Assembly: GCA_002269645.1 (NCBI GenBank)
Contig: NIVC01001601.1
Location: forward strand, 248,001-312,000
Direction: 5' to 3'
From: Macrostomum lignano
Taxonomy: Eukaryota
DNA length: 64,000 nt
The first letter of the stretch is position 1. Every line of letters begins with the position of its first letter. The notes under the pieces were generated by a model. That model was given only the letters and a program-made list of their open reading frames with translations. It had not been told where the DNA came from and did no database searches. This document shows, piece after piece, positions 23,427-36,720 of this stretch. Made by a program: the position numbers and the translations under genes.

Positions 23427-23620
23427 TAGTGTCTTAGTGTCTGTCTGTCTGTCTGTCTGTTTGAATGCCTGTCTGTTGATATTCCGCCTGCCCTTCCGCA
23501 GCCACCGTGCTGGGCACCGGCAGCAGCGTGGTGACCACAGACTTCTCGCCCGTGCACGAACTTCAACTGGCTGTTGGCACCACTGGCGGAGCTGTGCACC
23601 TGGTCGAGCCAAGGTTTTAA
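20090..23620 (+). CDS. DCAF10: DDB1- and CUL4-associated factor 10 (WDR32); join(20090..20104?,21035..21499,22386..23082,23502..23620), about 431 aa
   Basis: Motifs GSVFNV.., AHEDCVN, FATGCD..VWDLRR, CIKNLE..LLMVSGF, LMRARLHPD, LCLHPSG, FEEP..RQIIKEISFS..LASPF..GVRL, VVTTDFSPVH..GAVHLVEPRF* match DCAF10 order. Splice phases are consistent. The 15-nt first exon (MISVQ|GTCAGT) is inferred only; an in-frame ATG at 20968 is an alternative start. Confidence 0.88.
20150..20990. repeat. 32-bp minisatellite (GGGGATTTCAATGGGGAATGTCATTGCAGCAT)n with an interspersed second variant (..GCTATTGCAGAATGCAGA..)
   Basis: Directly visible; source of the spurious ORFs at 20141-21549. Confidence 0.96.
21518..22262. 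repeat. TTAGGG-containing 26-bp minisatellite switching to a ~36-bp derivative at ~21915; DCAF10 intron
   Basis: Unit TAGGGAGTTCATGGACTTCACGATTT, then GAGTGAGCTAGGGTTTTAGGGAGTTCATGGACATCT. Confidence 0.96.
23093..23475. repeat. (GTCT)n microsatellite with TAGT interruptions, last DCAF10 intron
   Basis: Directly visible. Confidence 0.96.
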
Positions 23621-26193
23621 CGTAAATCTTGTTTTAGGCTGATCATGATCGTGATTTCAGGCTTGACAAGAGCAAAATCATGTTCATTATTGACAGCATC
23701 TAATGCTGTTCACTTTAATCTTCATGACTTCAAAGTTGATCATCAAATTGGTGCAGAAAGTTTTGCTTATTAATTTATATTCCACAGCTCTGCATCACGT
23801 ACAATTCTCCTATGGGATTTCAATAATTTTTCCTAATGACTCGGTATCCGTGCCTTGCCACTCTGCTCACAGTTTGCTGTAAATATACCATTGAAACTAA
23901 AAGGGAACGCATTGACATTATGAAGAAATCTTCATTGTGTCCAGATTTTTATCGTTTTTTTTCATTATAATAAAATTTTATTGTTTTAAACTATTTCCTG
24001 ACTGTCCGTAAAGTTTGCAGGTTTATTTAAATATTTGTATCAGCAGGCGAGACAGCGCGCATCTTTGTTAAACTGGCGAGAACAATTAACGTTTTTGCAG
24101 GAATATTGGCACAGGCCCATGCATAGCTTAGAAAATCGATAAGAGTGCGCCAAGGGAGAGAGAGGGCAGACAGATAAAACATGAGCCCCGGGAATAGGCG
24201 ACCAAAGCCGCGGGGTGGAGAGATTAACCGCACGCACAGAGAGACAGCCAATCAAAACGCAGAGGAGATAAGAGTTCGCGCGGGGAGAGACAGATAAACA
24301 TGAACAAAAGCGATGTGAGGAAAATGTGAAGAAAAGACAAGGACCGAAAAAAGCCCTGGGAAAAAAGGCTGGGCGACCAAAACGCTGGGTTGGAAAGAAA
24401 TGACTTAATCACACGCACAGAGAGCGAGAGAAAGACGAACGCAAAAACATTCACAGCACCCAGTGGAAATGCACAAAAGTCACGAGAGCAAGCCTTGCAG
24501 CAGTGCATGTACATGCTTAGGCTCACCAAATCGTGCACGTGTGTATGGAAGTGTTCATTTATTCATTTTGATGAAACTGCAGAACCGTAAAAATGGACTT
24601 GCCCGACCGCAGCATCTGGAAGTTCATTTCGTGCGATATTCGCTCGAAGCGATTTTTCCGGACAAGTTCGTACTCCCTCTCATAAACACTTTCAAGGTGC
24701 ACCACACACTGCCAGAGATAAGTAAGGTATACTTGTAATAAGGAGAGTAACTCCTGTACCTAATATTCCGTGCTGTTCCCTAAAAAAGTGAATTCTTCTT
24801 TATGACAGTGTTATCGTATGGCAGGCAGTTACAGTTTGCGTGGGGGGTTTACAAAAATTCAGCACGGCGAGAGTGTAAGAGTTTTACTCGATAGAAAACA
24901 CTGGCACCTCTGTCTCAGTTATCACAGTAGGTTTGTATCGAGGGCTGGCAAAGTCTTAAGGTGTACCTGTAAATTATTTTTCATTGATTTATGCTGAATT
25001 TGATAAATGGGAAAGTGGGAAATATCTGAACTTAAACTGTATTCTATCGTTTTTTACGCCCATAATTTTTTATTTGCATAGTCAGCTGGTTCACAAGTTT
25101 TTCAAACAATGTTTTTCTTCGAAACATGTTTTAAAGCTAAAATAAACTAAAAGACGACGTTAAATACGCCTGTCTTTCTATCTGTGAGTGTGAGGTAAGA
25201 TTTGGTTAGTTTTGGTTTTGCTCGTTTACTCATATAAAATCAAATCATAGATCGATTTGCCCTAGTTTATTCTAACTATTATTTTAACTAAAATTATAAA
25301 GCTTGACTTCTAAATTCTAGTTTAGTTTTAGACTTTTAGGCCTTTAGCTAAAGGCCTAAAGCTAAAAAACGACCTCAAAAAGTAGCGCTCTACGGCTCTA
25401 ACATCAACTAAGTCTTATTGTAGAAAATATTAAATTATTTTACACAAGATTCTATTTGCCATGATATCGCTAAATATAAGCATCAAGACTATTATTAGAA
25501 ACTTTTGGTAATCTAGTAATCTTGTTTCAACCATTTAAAATGACAAATAATGCTAGTAGTAGTAGTAGTTCACTTGCTTTAAAAATTTTTTTTTATCAAT
25601 TTAAATTAAAATATATCTAGTTTTCATTTGGATGATAACAAATTAAACATTTTTTTATAGAAAAGGCATTAAGTATTGTAGCATTCCTAACTCCTAAATA
25701 AATAAAGGGCATTTTTGTACTTTTTAATTGATTTCAAATATGATAGTTTCTAGTATAAAGATCATTAAATAATTTAAAGTCAATATAATAAACTTTTTTA
25801 ATTCTTATCAACCTCTTATTCTTGGATAGAATTATAGCATAGGCCTAGGCCCTATCAATTTTGCTTTTAGAACAAAAGTTCCAAGTTCCAAAATATGGCA
25901 CACATTTTTTTGTGTAAGTTTTTAACCTTAAACTGTACAAGTTTTCTGGCTCTTAAATTTTATCAAAAAAACTTTTTAAAGATGTTTCATACAAAATAAT
26001 ATTTAAAGATACATTTATAATTATCTTTTTTTCTTAATATAATGCTTAGTGGCTTTACTTTTAAATACAATAACTTTTTTATGTAACAAGTGTAATATTT
26101 TACATTTTCAAATAAAATCATATAAGTTTTTTGAACAAATAAAAGCTGTGCACTACATATATAAACCTTTTATAATTATGCAAGTTTGCCAAA

Positions 26194-26889
26194 CCCTATT
26201 GGAATAAGTTTCAAAAAACCCGCAAATGTGCAACAAGGGTGCCAAAATTGTGCCCTCAAAAGTGCGACACAACACTAAATTTTTTGACTGGGGTGTGGCA
26301 ATGCATGAGGCAACACCAATGTCTATTGACTGAATGACCAGGGGGGAGGATGCCACAGCAGCCAGGTTGCAATTGACAATTCCTATTCTGCTGTTCACTC
26401 CCAACACAGACCATGGGGCAAGGGATGAGAGCATTCCTTTCAATTTCGTAGAAAAAGAAATGCAATTTAAAAACAATAAACAGTAAAACAACAAAGGTTC
26501 AACACTTAAAAAAAACAGCACATGCATTGTAACTAACAAGTAACATTTCTAAAAATTATATTTGAAGTATTAGTTACTTTACTATCAAAATAAAAAAGAA
26601 CAATTCAAGAACTAGTTATTATCAAACATGTTTGAAACATTTAAATACCAAGAAACAACCGTGAACATATTACAATGAAACACAATTTGCGAGGTTTTGG
26701 CTACAGATCAAGGCTGCAACGGGACACATGACAATGCCAGCCACCAAGTTGCCACACTGTCACATCACGCGATGCAACGCATGACGACACCAGGTTTCCA
26801 CAGTGTCGCGCAAGGCGACATACCACTTGACTTGAATCCAAAAATGTGATGGACAGTCTTCCATGTTTTGTCAACCTATTCCAATAGGG
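26194..26889. mobile_element. Non-autonomous TIR element (696 bp), CCCTATTGGAATA termini, 8-bp TSD TTGCCAAA
   Basis: Perfect 13-bp TIR. TTGCCAAA is duplicated at 26186-26193 and 26890-26897. Confidence 0.88.
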
Positions 26890-28084
26890 TTGCCAAAAAT
26901 GTGTATATGCAAATATGCAAGTTTTTGTTTGCATGCACAGATTACATCTAGGATTTTGTACAAATTTTCTATCCTGGCCTTTTGTATTCGATAAAATAGA
27001 AAAAATTTTAGTATTTGCAATTTAGTAGGTGTTTATCATCTATTCTCAATTTGTCTATATCTAGTTCTAGTTTATATACAAAATAGTAAGTCTAAATAAG
27101 CATTTTTTCTATCTATTAGGCCAATATTATTTTTTATTTACATTTATATTATGTTTACGACTAGACCTCCTATGATAATTAAAATATATCGTATATACAA
27201 AACACCCAGCCAATATGGATGGCTAATGAGTGGCCTAGCTGAAGAAAGTTACAAAAATGCCTACCTGAAAATATAGTTTCAGCCTTAATAATATAGTCAT
27301 AGTTACTCTTGCTGTTTACCAAAAATTATGTTAATTTTGTCTTTAGAATTTAAAAAGTTTGAATATTTTGACACAAATATTATTCAGGTTTCTGATTTTC
27401 TATACACTTATAAGTTGCAATTTTAAATATAGTTGCAGTCATCATTGCCAATAAAAATATAACTTTGTTTTGCTTTCATTTTGTCCAATGTCCATTTGTA
27501 ACTTTGTCTATTAGTAGTCAAATTGGCAAAAGATAATTGACTAGCAAGTAGGGACCTTGACAAATTTAAATAATTTTCCAAAAGACATTTGTGTTTGGCA
27601 TAAAAGGCTAAGCAAATATAGACATTGAAAAAAGGTTTTAAAAACAGTTTAGCCAATTAAAATTTAGCCAATTAATAACTTTTAACAAGCTATCACCTCT
27701 TTGATATAGCTAAGCCAATTTTATAGCCTTTTATAGGGGCATTATATTATTTATTATTAGACATGGCTATCTCATTAGTTGTATACTGTGTGTTTTTATG
27801 TCAGAATTATACATGTAACTTACTAGGTGATAATGTTGCAATAATCTCCATAAACTAATGATTGCTTTCTTGTGGGGTTAATAGACTTTAAAACCCTACC
27901 TGATATACATTGAGATCATGTTCACTATGGTTTAAAGTTTAACCAATGTTTATCACCTGCCACTCACTGTCCGCAGCTGTGACCAGCCTATTCTCAGCAC
28001 AAACATATTTACTACTGTCAGTAGGATTGCATCAGTAGATTGTCTCAGAGGCTGAAAACTGTCATCTCCGCCGCCGCCGCAGTC

Positions 28085-31002
28085 ATGACCCTCTCCGACG
28101 GTCACAATGCGTCAATCAACGCCCTCGCCCTGACCGACGACGGTCGCCAGCTCGCATCTGGCTGCGACGAAGGCGTCATCTGCCTGTGGGACTCGGAGCT
28201 GCGCCGCCTGCGCGCCCGGCTCCGCTGCCCGCCTGGCCTCACCGACATCGGCGGGGCCGCCAGCAGCGTTGGCGCCGTGTCGGCGTTGGCCTTCGCCGAC
28301 GCCTGGCAGCCGGGCCGGCTGTACGCCGCGCAGGGCAGCCACCTGGTCGCCTGGGACACCCGAGCGATTCGGCCTCGAGAGCCGCTGTTTGTTGTACCGG
28401 CGGGTCAGCCTGCGGCCACTCAGGCCGGCGGCTCTGACGAAGTCAACGGACTGGCGCTGCTGACTTCGCCAACTTCGGCAGCGGCTGGCGAACGCCGCCT
28501 GGCCACCGCTGACGACGGCGGCTGGATTCGGGTGTTCGACGGCGAGACTGGCGAGCTGATTCGGTCGCTGAGGAAGCACGACAGCATTGCGTCAGCTGTG
28601 CTGTTCAGACCCGGCAAGGACTGGCAGGTCCGGACTGCGGTCTCTATGCGTGCCATTATCTCTGTTTGTGGGAATGCAACAATATGCAGGTGTTTGAGTG
28701 CCGGCTTAGTTGCCAGGGTGCAGTTATTGGTATGGCAACGCCAGGGTAGCTGAGAGCGCTAAATAAGGTAGTATGGCGCCCAAGTACAATAGTTGGGCAA
28801 CGAAATAGAAAAGCAGAGCGCCAAGCTATAATACCCAAGCGCTAAAGATAGAATATTTGGGCGCCAAGATAGAATACTTGGGCGCCTAGTTAGAATACTT
28901 GGGCGCTAAGATAGAATTTTTGGTTGTCGAGAATGAATACTTGGGCGCCAAGATAGACTTCTTGGGCGCCGAGATACTCGTAGAATTCTTGGGCGCCAAG
29001 ATAAAACAGCAGGGCGCCCGGATAGACTACTCGGGCGCCAAGATAGAATACTTGGCGCCAGATAGAATTTTTCGGCGCCAAGTTCGAATTTTTTATCGTC
29101 GAGATAATTTTGGGTGTCGAGATAGACTACTCCGGTGCCAAGATAGAACAATTTGGCGCCGAGATAGAATACTTGGGCGCCAAGATAAAACAGCATAGCG
29201 CCAGGATAGAATATTTGGTCGCCAAGATAGGCCAAGCCGCGCCTTTTTTTACAATCCACACTCGCCCCGCCCCAATTTTTATTGCCTTTCTTGGAATTCC
29301 AGCCTAAATCTGCCATGTACATTCAGTGGCTAATGTACATTATTGCTGAACCAATTAGAAAGTTGTTCACGCCTGCAAGCTTTGGGCTACTAAACTTATT
29401 AAAGTCATTTCAGCTGCCTTTATTTAAAAAAATAGCTTATGCATTCTTCTTTGCTACTGAACTGAAAGTAGAAAGCTGTTTTACTAAGTATATGAGTGGC
29501 CCATCTAGTGTCTGTGGTAGTGGCACGATTTCGCCGAAGGCGTTATTCTCAATATGTGCTCAAATGTGGAAACTACTCTCAGTATGTAAACAAAAATGTC
29601 AAACATCTGGACTTGACACCTGCATTGAGCATTGCATTCCATTTCGCAGCTCATCTCCGGCGGCATGGACTGCCGGCTTGTTGTCACGGACTGGAAAGGT
29701 TGCCGGGGTCACGCCCTCAACATATTCGACATCGACGAGATTCTGGACGCCGAGCTGTGCAGCGACGCGGCGGCCGCTGGACAGGTGCAGGCATCGCAGC
29801 CTTTGATCCACTGCCTGGCAGCCACGCCCGATGGCCTGTACGCTGCGGCCGGCTTAGAGAATGGATCTGTTGAGCTGTTCAGCGCCGGGGGTAATGCTGC
29901 TTGAGACCGTGTGTTTGCTATCTTGGTTGTTTCATGTGCCGACTTTGTTTAATTGGGTTCTTTGATGTGTCGCCTCTCGTTAATTGGGGTGTTTGATGCG
30001 TCGCCTCTCTTTATTGGGGTGTTTGATGCGTCGCCTCTCTTTATTGGGTTCTTTGATGTGCCGCCTCCCTTTAATTGGGTTCTTTGATGTGCCGCTTCTC
30101 TTTAATTGGGTTCTTTGATGTGCCGCCTCCCTTTAATTGGGTTCTTTGATGTGCCGCTTCTCTTTAATTGGGTTCTTTGATGTGCCGCCTCCCTTTAATT
30201 GGGTTCTTTGATGTGCCACCTCCCTTTAATTGGGTTCTTTGATGTGCGGCCTCTCTAATTGAGTTCTTTGATGTGCCGCCTCTGTCTAATTGGGTTCTTT
30301 GATATGCCGCCTTAGCTCTTTAATTGGGTTCCTTAGGGTCCTTTAATTCGGGTTCTTCGATGTGCCACCTTTGTTTAAGTGGGTTCTTTCATGAGCCGCC
30401 ATATTTTATTGCGTTCTTTGATGTGCCATCTCTCTTTAATTGGGTTCTTTGATGTGCCGCCTTTTTATCAATATTTTTTGCTGTTCTTTTGTCCTCTTAA
30501 TCGGTGCCCCCAATCGGATCAACTTCATCACTCAGGCCGGCACCTGCAGCACGCGGAGAGTCTCTACGGCCACACAGCGGCCGTAAGCGCCCTGCTGTGC
30601 CTGCCCGGCCACCTGCTGCTCTCCGGTGGCAACGACTGCGACTGCTTTCTGTGGAATCTGGACTCCGACTGGTCTGGTGGCTCCTTCGCCCATTCAGACA
30701 AGGTGAACGCCCTGTGCGGAGTAGCCCCGGACAGGGTGTACCTGGCCGACAGCGGCCCGGCCGTGCACTGCTGCGATTTGAATGTAGCCCAGCTGGCCGC
30801 CCAGCAACCGCAGGCGCCGCAGCTGCCGCCGCTGCACCATTATCATCGTGTCGTCGGCGGCGGTGGCGGCGGCGGCGTAGTTGCGGTGGCCGAAGCCTCC
30901 ATTCAGGGCGGAGCGCCCGAAGATGTTGAAGACACAGACGAAGAAGAGGATGACCGGGAGGATGAAGAGCAAGATGATGTCGGTAGTGGTTTGAGGATTT
31001 AA
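28085..31002 (+). CDS. WDR53: WD repeat-containing protein 53; join(28085..28627,29650..29890,30536..31002), 416 aa
   Basis: Motifs GHNASINAL..LASGCDEG, LYAAQG..WDTR, EVNGL..LATADDGG..IRSLRKHDSIASAVLFRP, LISGGMDC, PLIHCL..AAGLENG, GHTAAVS..LLLSGGNDC follow WDR53 order. Phases 0 and 1 are consistent. Acidic C-terminal tail. Confidence 0.88.
28850..29230. repeat. 21-bp minisatellite (GGGCGCCAAGATAGAATACTT)n, WDR53 intron 1
   Basis: Directly visible. Confidence 0.92.
29945..30470. repeat. ~31-bp minisatellite (TTAATTGGGTTCTTTGATGTGCCGCCTCCCT)n, WDR53 intron 2
   Basis: Directly visible. Confidence 0.93.
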
Positions 31003-34000
31003 ATTGTAGATGAGAAAATACTTGTCAACAATGGTAATTTGCAAAGTTTCGAGTTTGTTAGAAAGTCCCCGATATAATTTTAGTGGCCAAGACCAAATAG
31101 CTTAAATAGTTAGGGTAGTTAAATCTCCAAATTCCATTGCCTATGGTCTAAAAAGGGATGGTTAATGTTTAAACTGTGGTTTTCTTTGCCCACTAGCCTA
31201 CTAACAGTAGCCAGAATAGCACGCATACAAGGAAGCATAAGCATATCTATGTTTTTTGTTTCAATTTGAAATTTGTGTTGATATTTAATAGTCTGTGTCA
31301 CCACTAAGCCACACTTTTTATTAACAAAGTTTCTCATTTAAAACTGGAATATTTCAACCATTTGGCCTGAAAACTTTCGTTTTAGTTATTAAGGTTTATT
31401 GGTAATTCCTGATTGAGAAACTCCTACCGTTTATTTTATATGATTACTAAACTGTGTACATAGCGAGATGTAATTAAACCTTATTTATATAAACATTACA
31501 GATTTATTTATTCAAGATCTTTCATGTTGCATCAATTGCAACAATCATAAGCAATGTTTGCAAATAATTATTACTTTGTTTGGCTTACCCCATGCAATCT
31601 AATAACACAATGCTATATGTTAATACTACTGTTTTACAAGTACATTGCACAATAACTTAAATGTTTGTGCCTTCAAGTTTAGCGAGACTGCAAATCGACC
31701 AAATCTTTTGTTTAGTATTTTTTCTGTTACTAAACTGTGTTGTATTTCATTTAATTATTTTTTGTTTGTAACAATCGTTTTAGAGATCTTAATAGTTTTG
31801 CTATTAACTTCAATGGCCGAGTGATTTGCACCAAGTTTTTTTGTAGTTTGCTTAGCACGATATATTTACTATATCAAATAGTTGCTACATACTACTTATA
31901 GTATACTAAATATTAATAATTTAAGCGCCGCCACATATTCTAACAATTACTAACAAAGTTTTCTTATTCTTAAATTTGTTTTACGTTTCGCTGCTTTAAG
32001 AAAACACTTGCTCTAAGCTCAATCTGGATATGCAGGCTTTTATTATAAAACCCTTTACTGTTTGCTACTTACAGAAGGTAAAAGCGAATGTAGCAATTTA
32101 AGCTCGTAATGAAGAATTAATAATAACACTGTTTATTTATTCATTTTAAGTAGCTGTCGCTTTATCAGCCATATGTTTGTTGTGTAAGACTTAGATTGCT
32201 TCTGTGTATTTGACGCTGCTACTTTAAACATGATTTGAAATATTTTGGTTTTTTCGGGTTACCGAAATTCATTAACTAGGCGAATCCCTGTCTCAATACA
32301 GCATTTCACTGTTTGATCACATTTCATTCTATACGGTGTGTTTTGTTTATTTTTAGTAAGAATAGCTGAACGAACCTGAACGAATATGAATAATATTTCG
32401 CTGTTAATCACTTTTAAGCCATTAAATTTCAGTTAAGTTACTTGTCTGTACGTTTGCCTATCTGTACATTACGTAATTGTATTATTCTCGTAAATCGACT
32501 GAGTATTCTCACTCATTGTAATATTCCTCTTCCTCTTCACAAAAGTTGCAGCCTGTTGTGTTTTATTTTAACCATATATTCCCTGCGTTTGTAAACTTTA
32601 TTGTACGTGCATGTATGTGTGTGTATATCAAATCAATGATGACTGCTATCTGTTTCTAAATAAAAGGCTCAGTCTTCAAATTTCAGATATATTTTTTGTT
32701 CTTACGGTTTAACTAAAGTTTAAATTAATAACGTTTGCTGTGATCTTCCTTTTTATCAGTTCCTCAACTTCTGCACAGCAGCAGAAGTGTAGAAGTACGT
32801 ACACTACATGTACTGAATGGCGGAATGCTGAATTATCATACACCTACAAGCTGAATAGCGGATCTTGATAAAAAAGTAAGTTTAAAGGCGAAGGCATAGA
32901 AAGTATTTTTTCTGGCTTAAAATGCTTCCGACGTTCAGACTTTTAAGTTCTTTCTTTGGTAATAAAACAAAAAATAGACATATAGCAAGTAATATATATA
33001 CACACTGTAGGCAAAGAATGACAGCATTTTTGCTCATTGTTGCTTTTATTATATTTACTTAGTTTTAGATGATAGTCTACATTTAAAATTTGATTAGCAA
33101 TTTTTATTGCGTCACGTTTTTTACAAGTCTCACGTTTCGGTGTACTTTCGCTTCATTAACATTCCTAGATTAAACATACAGTATCCAGTATCAGTGCGTC
33201 AAACGAGGTTTTAGTCTAAAATTTTGATTGTAGTGTAGTGTGAATGTGAGCGTAACTATTTTGTTTTTTTACTAAGTCACAACTCACAAGTGTCACGTGT
33301 TTCAAATATAGGCCTAGGCCTACCTATTATATTGGGCGCACCTTGCAATTAATATAGACTAGGCCTATTTATTAGTATTTAGTACTATTTAAATTAATTA
33401 GCAAAATAGCACTTAGACTCATTTCAATGGAATGGTTCGGTTTAGGCCTATCCTATAATTTAAGTCCCTTAGGCCTAGTTATTCTAATTCCTGATAAAGC
33501 CCAGGCTGGCTGATCCCACTTAATTTTTTTAATTTGGATCCTGTTCAACCAACCAGTTAAATTAGCCCTGTGGCTGTAGGCCTATGCCCTATAAACAGGC
33601 CTAATTTAATGAGTGCTTTGCAGTATATATTTACTTAAAAGACTAATGGTAGGCCTATTATAGGCCTACATTTTGTTAAGCTGGCCTAGGGCCTACTAAG
33701 CAATTCATAGGATAATATTACTAGGCCTAGTTATACATTAAAAGTTATTTTTTGAAAGTAAAGGGCTTAGGCCCTAGTTTATAATGTTTATAATTTTGGT
33801 AAAAATTAACTAGGCCTCTAAATTAATATGCTTAGGATTGGGGCTAATGCTAATTGGTTGAGATGTTGGGCCATAGTTTGGTAAGTGATCCTATGTATGC
33901 TGGGTTTTCCTAGTGTACAATACAACAAAGTACTTATCATTTTTGGTATATATTGGCCTATATCCCAGCATAGATGACAGTAGGCCTAGAAACATTGTGT

Positions 34001-34682
34001 CAATGACAACTTTATTAGGGGCCTATATTGGCATAAAAACCTGGCATACAAACAAGGTTGAGGTCTTGTCATTTTTTTGCATTAAACCTAGCATAATAAT
34101 AAACAATCTAAACTATAGATGTTAGGGTTTTGGAAGTATATTGGATGTATAGTCTAGAGGCTAATGTTTTGTGTTTTTAGGGTTTTTTGCCTTAGACCAA
34201 ATGACCAAATACTAGGCCTATCTTAGGCCCCCCTAGTAGTTAGATAGAGATCATAGGATTTAAGTAAGTGGTCTATATGCCTAGGCCTAGTTATATAGTA
34301 AAAAGATTAAAATCAATTTGAAAACTATTAAGCAATTAAAGAATATATCAATGTATAGGCCCCTAGTAAGAATGCCAAAAACTATAGTGGCCTACCTTTT
34401 TGAGAACTAGTTAACTATTTTGAAATTGTCTTTTTTAAGAAAACTAGTTTTCTAGTTTTTTTAAAACTAGTTTGAGTATCAATTATTTATAAGAACAAAA
34501 AAGCACGAGTTATTTATTAGGCTAATAGTATTAAAACTTTGTCTCAAACAATTCACTTGAAGTTTTTTCAAATTTAATATAGTTAATAACAAAGTTTTTG
34601 TCTTAATTAGTCTTAAATTAAGTTAATTAAAAGCTTTTTATAGAAAGCCATCATTTATATTGTACATGACATATATGACATA

Positions 34683-36577
34683 TGAGGGTCAGTCAAAAAG
34701 TAATGATAATTTTGTTGTACCACCTAAAATATCAGAGTTATTGAACTGCAACTGGTTTCATTTGAAAAAACATCTTTTGATCTTTATTTGACAGAGTTTT
34801 GGTTCTTCTAAAGTGATTGATGCCTGTATGGTGACACTCTAATCACAGTATATCCTTTAAGCAATGGAAAATTCAAAAATCGAAGCTCGTACTGTGACAT
34901 TTCTTGTATAGCTTGGTTGGAAGCCAGCCAAAATCATTGACGCTTTGAAGAAGGTCTATGGGGACATTGCTCCACTAGATCCAACCATTTATTGCTGGAT
35001 TCAGGCTTTTAAGGAAGGCCAAGAGTCCACGGAAGACACCCAGCAGTCGGGAAGGCCCACAACATCGCGCACAGGGGAAAAAGTGGTAGCTGTGCAGCCA
35101 GTGATTGAGCTGGATCGGCGCGTGACCATAGACAATATGGCTAAAAAAGTGGGCATTGCTCATGGCAGTGCTCACTCCATTGTGATGAACTATCTTGGTT
35201 TGAACAAGCTGAGTGCTTGCTGGGTCCCGCGGCTGTTGCGGCCTGAACACTGGGTTCAATGCACTGAGTGCGCCATAAACCTGCTGAACCGCTTGGACGC
35301 TGATTTAGAAAACAGTTACTAGCGCTTAGTGACTGGGGATGAAACATGAATATTTCAATACAATCCCGAGTCCAAGGTCCAATCCAAGGAGTGGCTGCCA
35401 CGAGATTCAGCAAGCCCTAAGAAGTTCCATTCGGAACGGTCTGCAGCGAAGGTCTTGGCGACGATTCTCTGGGATGTTGAGGGAGTGGTGACCCCTATAG
35501 GAAAAAGTTGTAAAACCGTGGACAGTGTCCGGTACACTTTTGAAATTTTTCTAAAGCGTAGTGCGCGCACAGGCGCAGCGCCTGCGCGCGCTGCCCTTTC
35601 TTACTAGCTGCTGCTCTAGCAAATACATATACATGGAAATGGGTATAATACCTCTGTTGAAGGGGCTTATACACTCATAATTTATTAAGCTTAGAGATGT
35701 TCCGAAAATTCAATTTTAATTTTCCAAAATTTGAAATTTTTTAGAGCAAATTTCAATTTTGATATAAAATTTAGAAGTGAAAATTTTGGTAGTGTCTAAA
35801 AAGTCGCTAAAAATAAACTACTTTCTACTACATATACATGTATTACTTTTTGCTTAAGCAGTAAATTGAAAGTAAAAAAGTGAGTGTTGATCATACTAAA
35901 CTTTGTTTTTCTGAATTATGATTTCAGGAAATTTCAATTTTGATTTTGGAAAGTTAGCAAATTTTGATTTCGACGAAACTGCAGATCTTTTGGAACATCT
36001 CTAATAATCCTAAAGCGCGGTAAAATAGTTTGACTCTTTTCTAAAGCGTGCGTCCGCAGGTTTTTAACATTTATTCCAATAGGGGTGGTGACGGTGGACT
36101 TCTTGGAAAGCCAGAAGACCATCAATGCCACCTATTATGAGTTGCTTCTGTAAAAGCTCCGCACCGAACTGGCCAAAAAGCAACATGGCAAGTTGCACCT
36201 TGGGATTCTCTTTCACCACGACAATGCACCAGCTCACACTTCTCAGCTCTGCCATGAAGCCCTGCAAGATTTCTGCTGGGAAATCCTCCAGCATCCTCCA
36301 TATAGCCCTGGTTTGGCTCTTTCGGACTTTTTTGCTTCCCAAGCTGAAGGAAGCAATCAAAGGAGTCCAAGATGAAGACAAAGAGGCTGCCAAAAAGGCT
36401 ACTGTACAGTGGCTTGCTGCACAGCCTCCTGAGTTCTACGCTAATGGCCTGGAGAGATGGCGACACTGCATGGAGAAGTGCCTGACCCTGGAGGGGGACT
36501 ATGTTGAAAAGTAGATTTCCATTTAAAGTTTGAGACTCGGGAGAACAAAATTATCATTACTTTTTGACTGACCCTTG
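34683..36577 (+). mobile_element. Full-length but inactive mariner (DD34D) DNA transposon interrupted by a MITE
   Basis: 34-bp TIRs (..AGGGTCAGTCAAAAAGTAATGATAATTTTGTT) with TA on both sides. Transposase from ATG 34864 with WVPRLL, LVTGDET*, HHDNAPAH, HPPYSPGLALSDF and ..CLTLEGDYVEK*. Contains internal stops and frameshifts. Confidence 0.96.
35493..36084. mobile_element. Nested non-autonomous TIR element (592 bp), CCCTAT(A/T)GGAA termini, 8-bp TSD GTGGTGAC
   Basis: GTGGTGAC occurs at 35485-35492 and 36085-36092. Removing the insert and one copy restores the transposase reading EGVVTVDFLE. Confidence 0.92.
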
Positions 36578-36599
36578 TATATTGCATCTCTCTTTTGCA

Positions 36600-36720
36600 T
36601 TGAATCTGCCACTCTGCCCTTTTGAGTCTGCCATTTTGCCCCTTTGAGTCTGCTACTCTGCCCCTTGAATCTGCCTCTTTGACCCTTTGTGTCTGCTTCT
36701 TTGCCCCTTTGAATCTGTTT
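36600..36720. repeat. Short degenerate ~22-bp tandem repeat (TCTGCCACTCTGCCCCTTTGAG-like)
   Basis: Five to six visible units just after the mariner. Confidence 0.7.

Noticed and set aside
24030-24960. Duplicated motifs (GACAGATAAA-CATGA, GGCGACCAAA, GCACAGAGAG) suggesting a DNA transposon end
   Set aside because: No TIR pair, TSD or transposase motif could be identified by eye.
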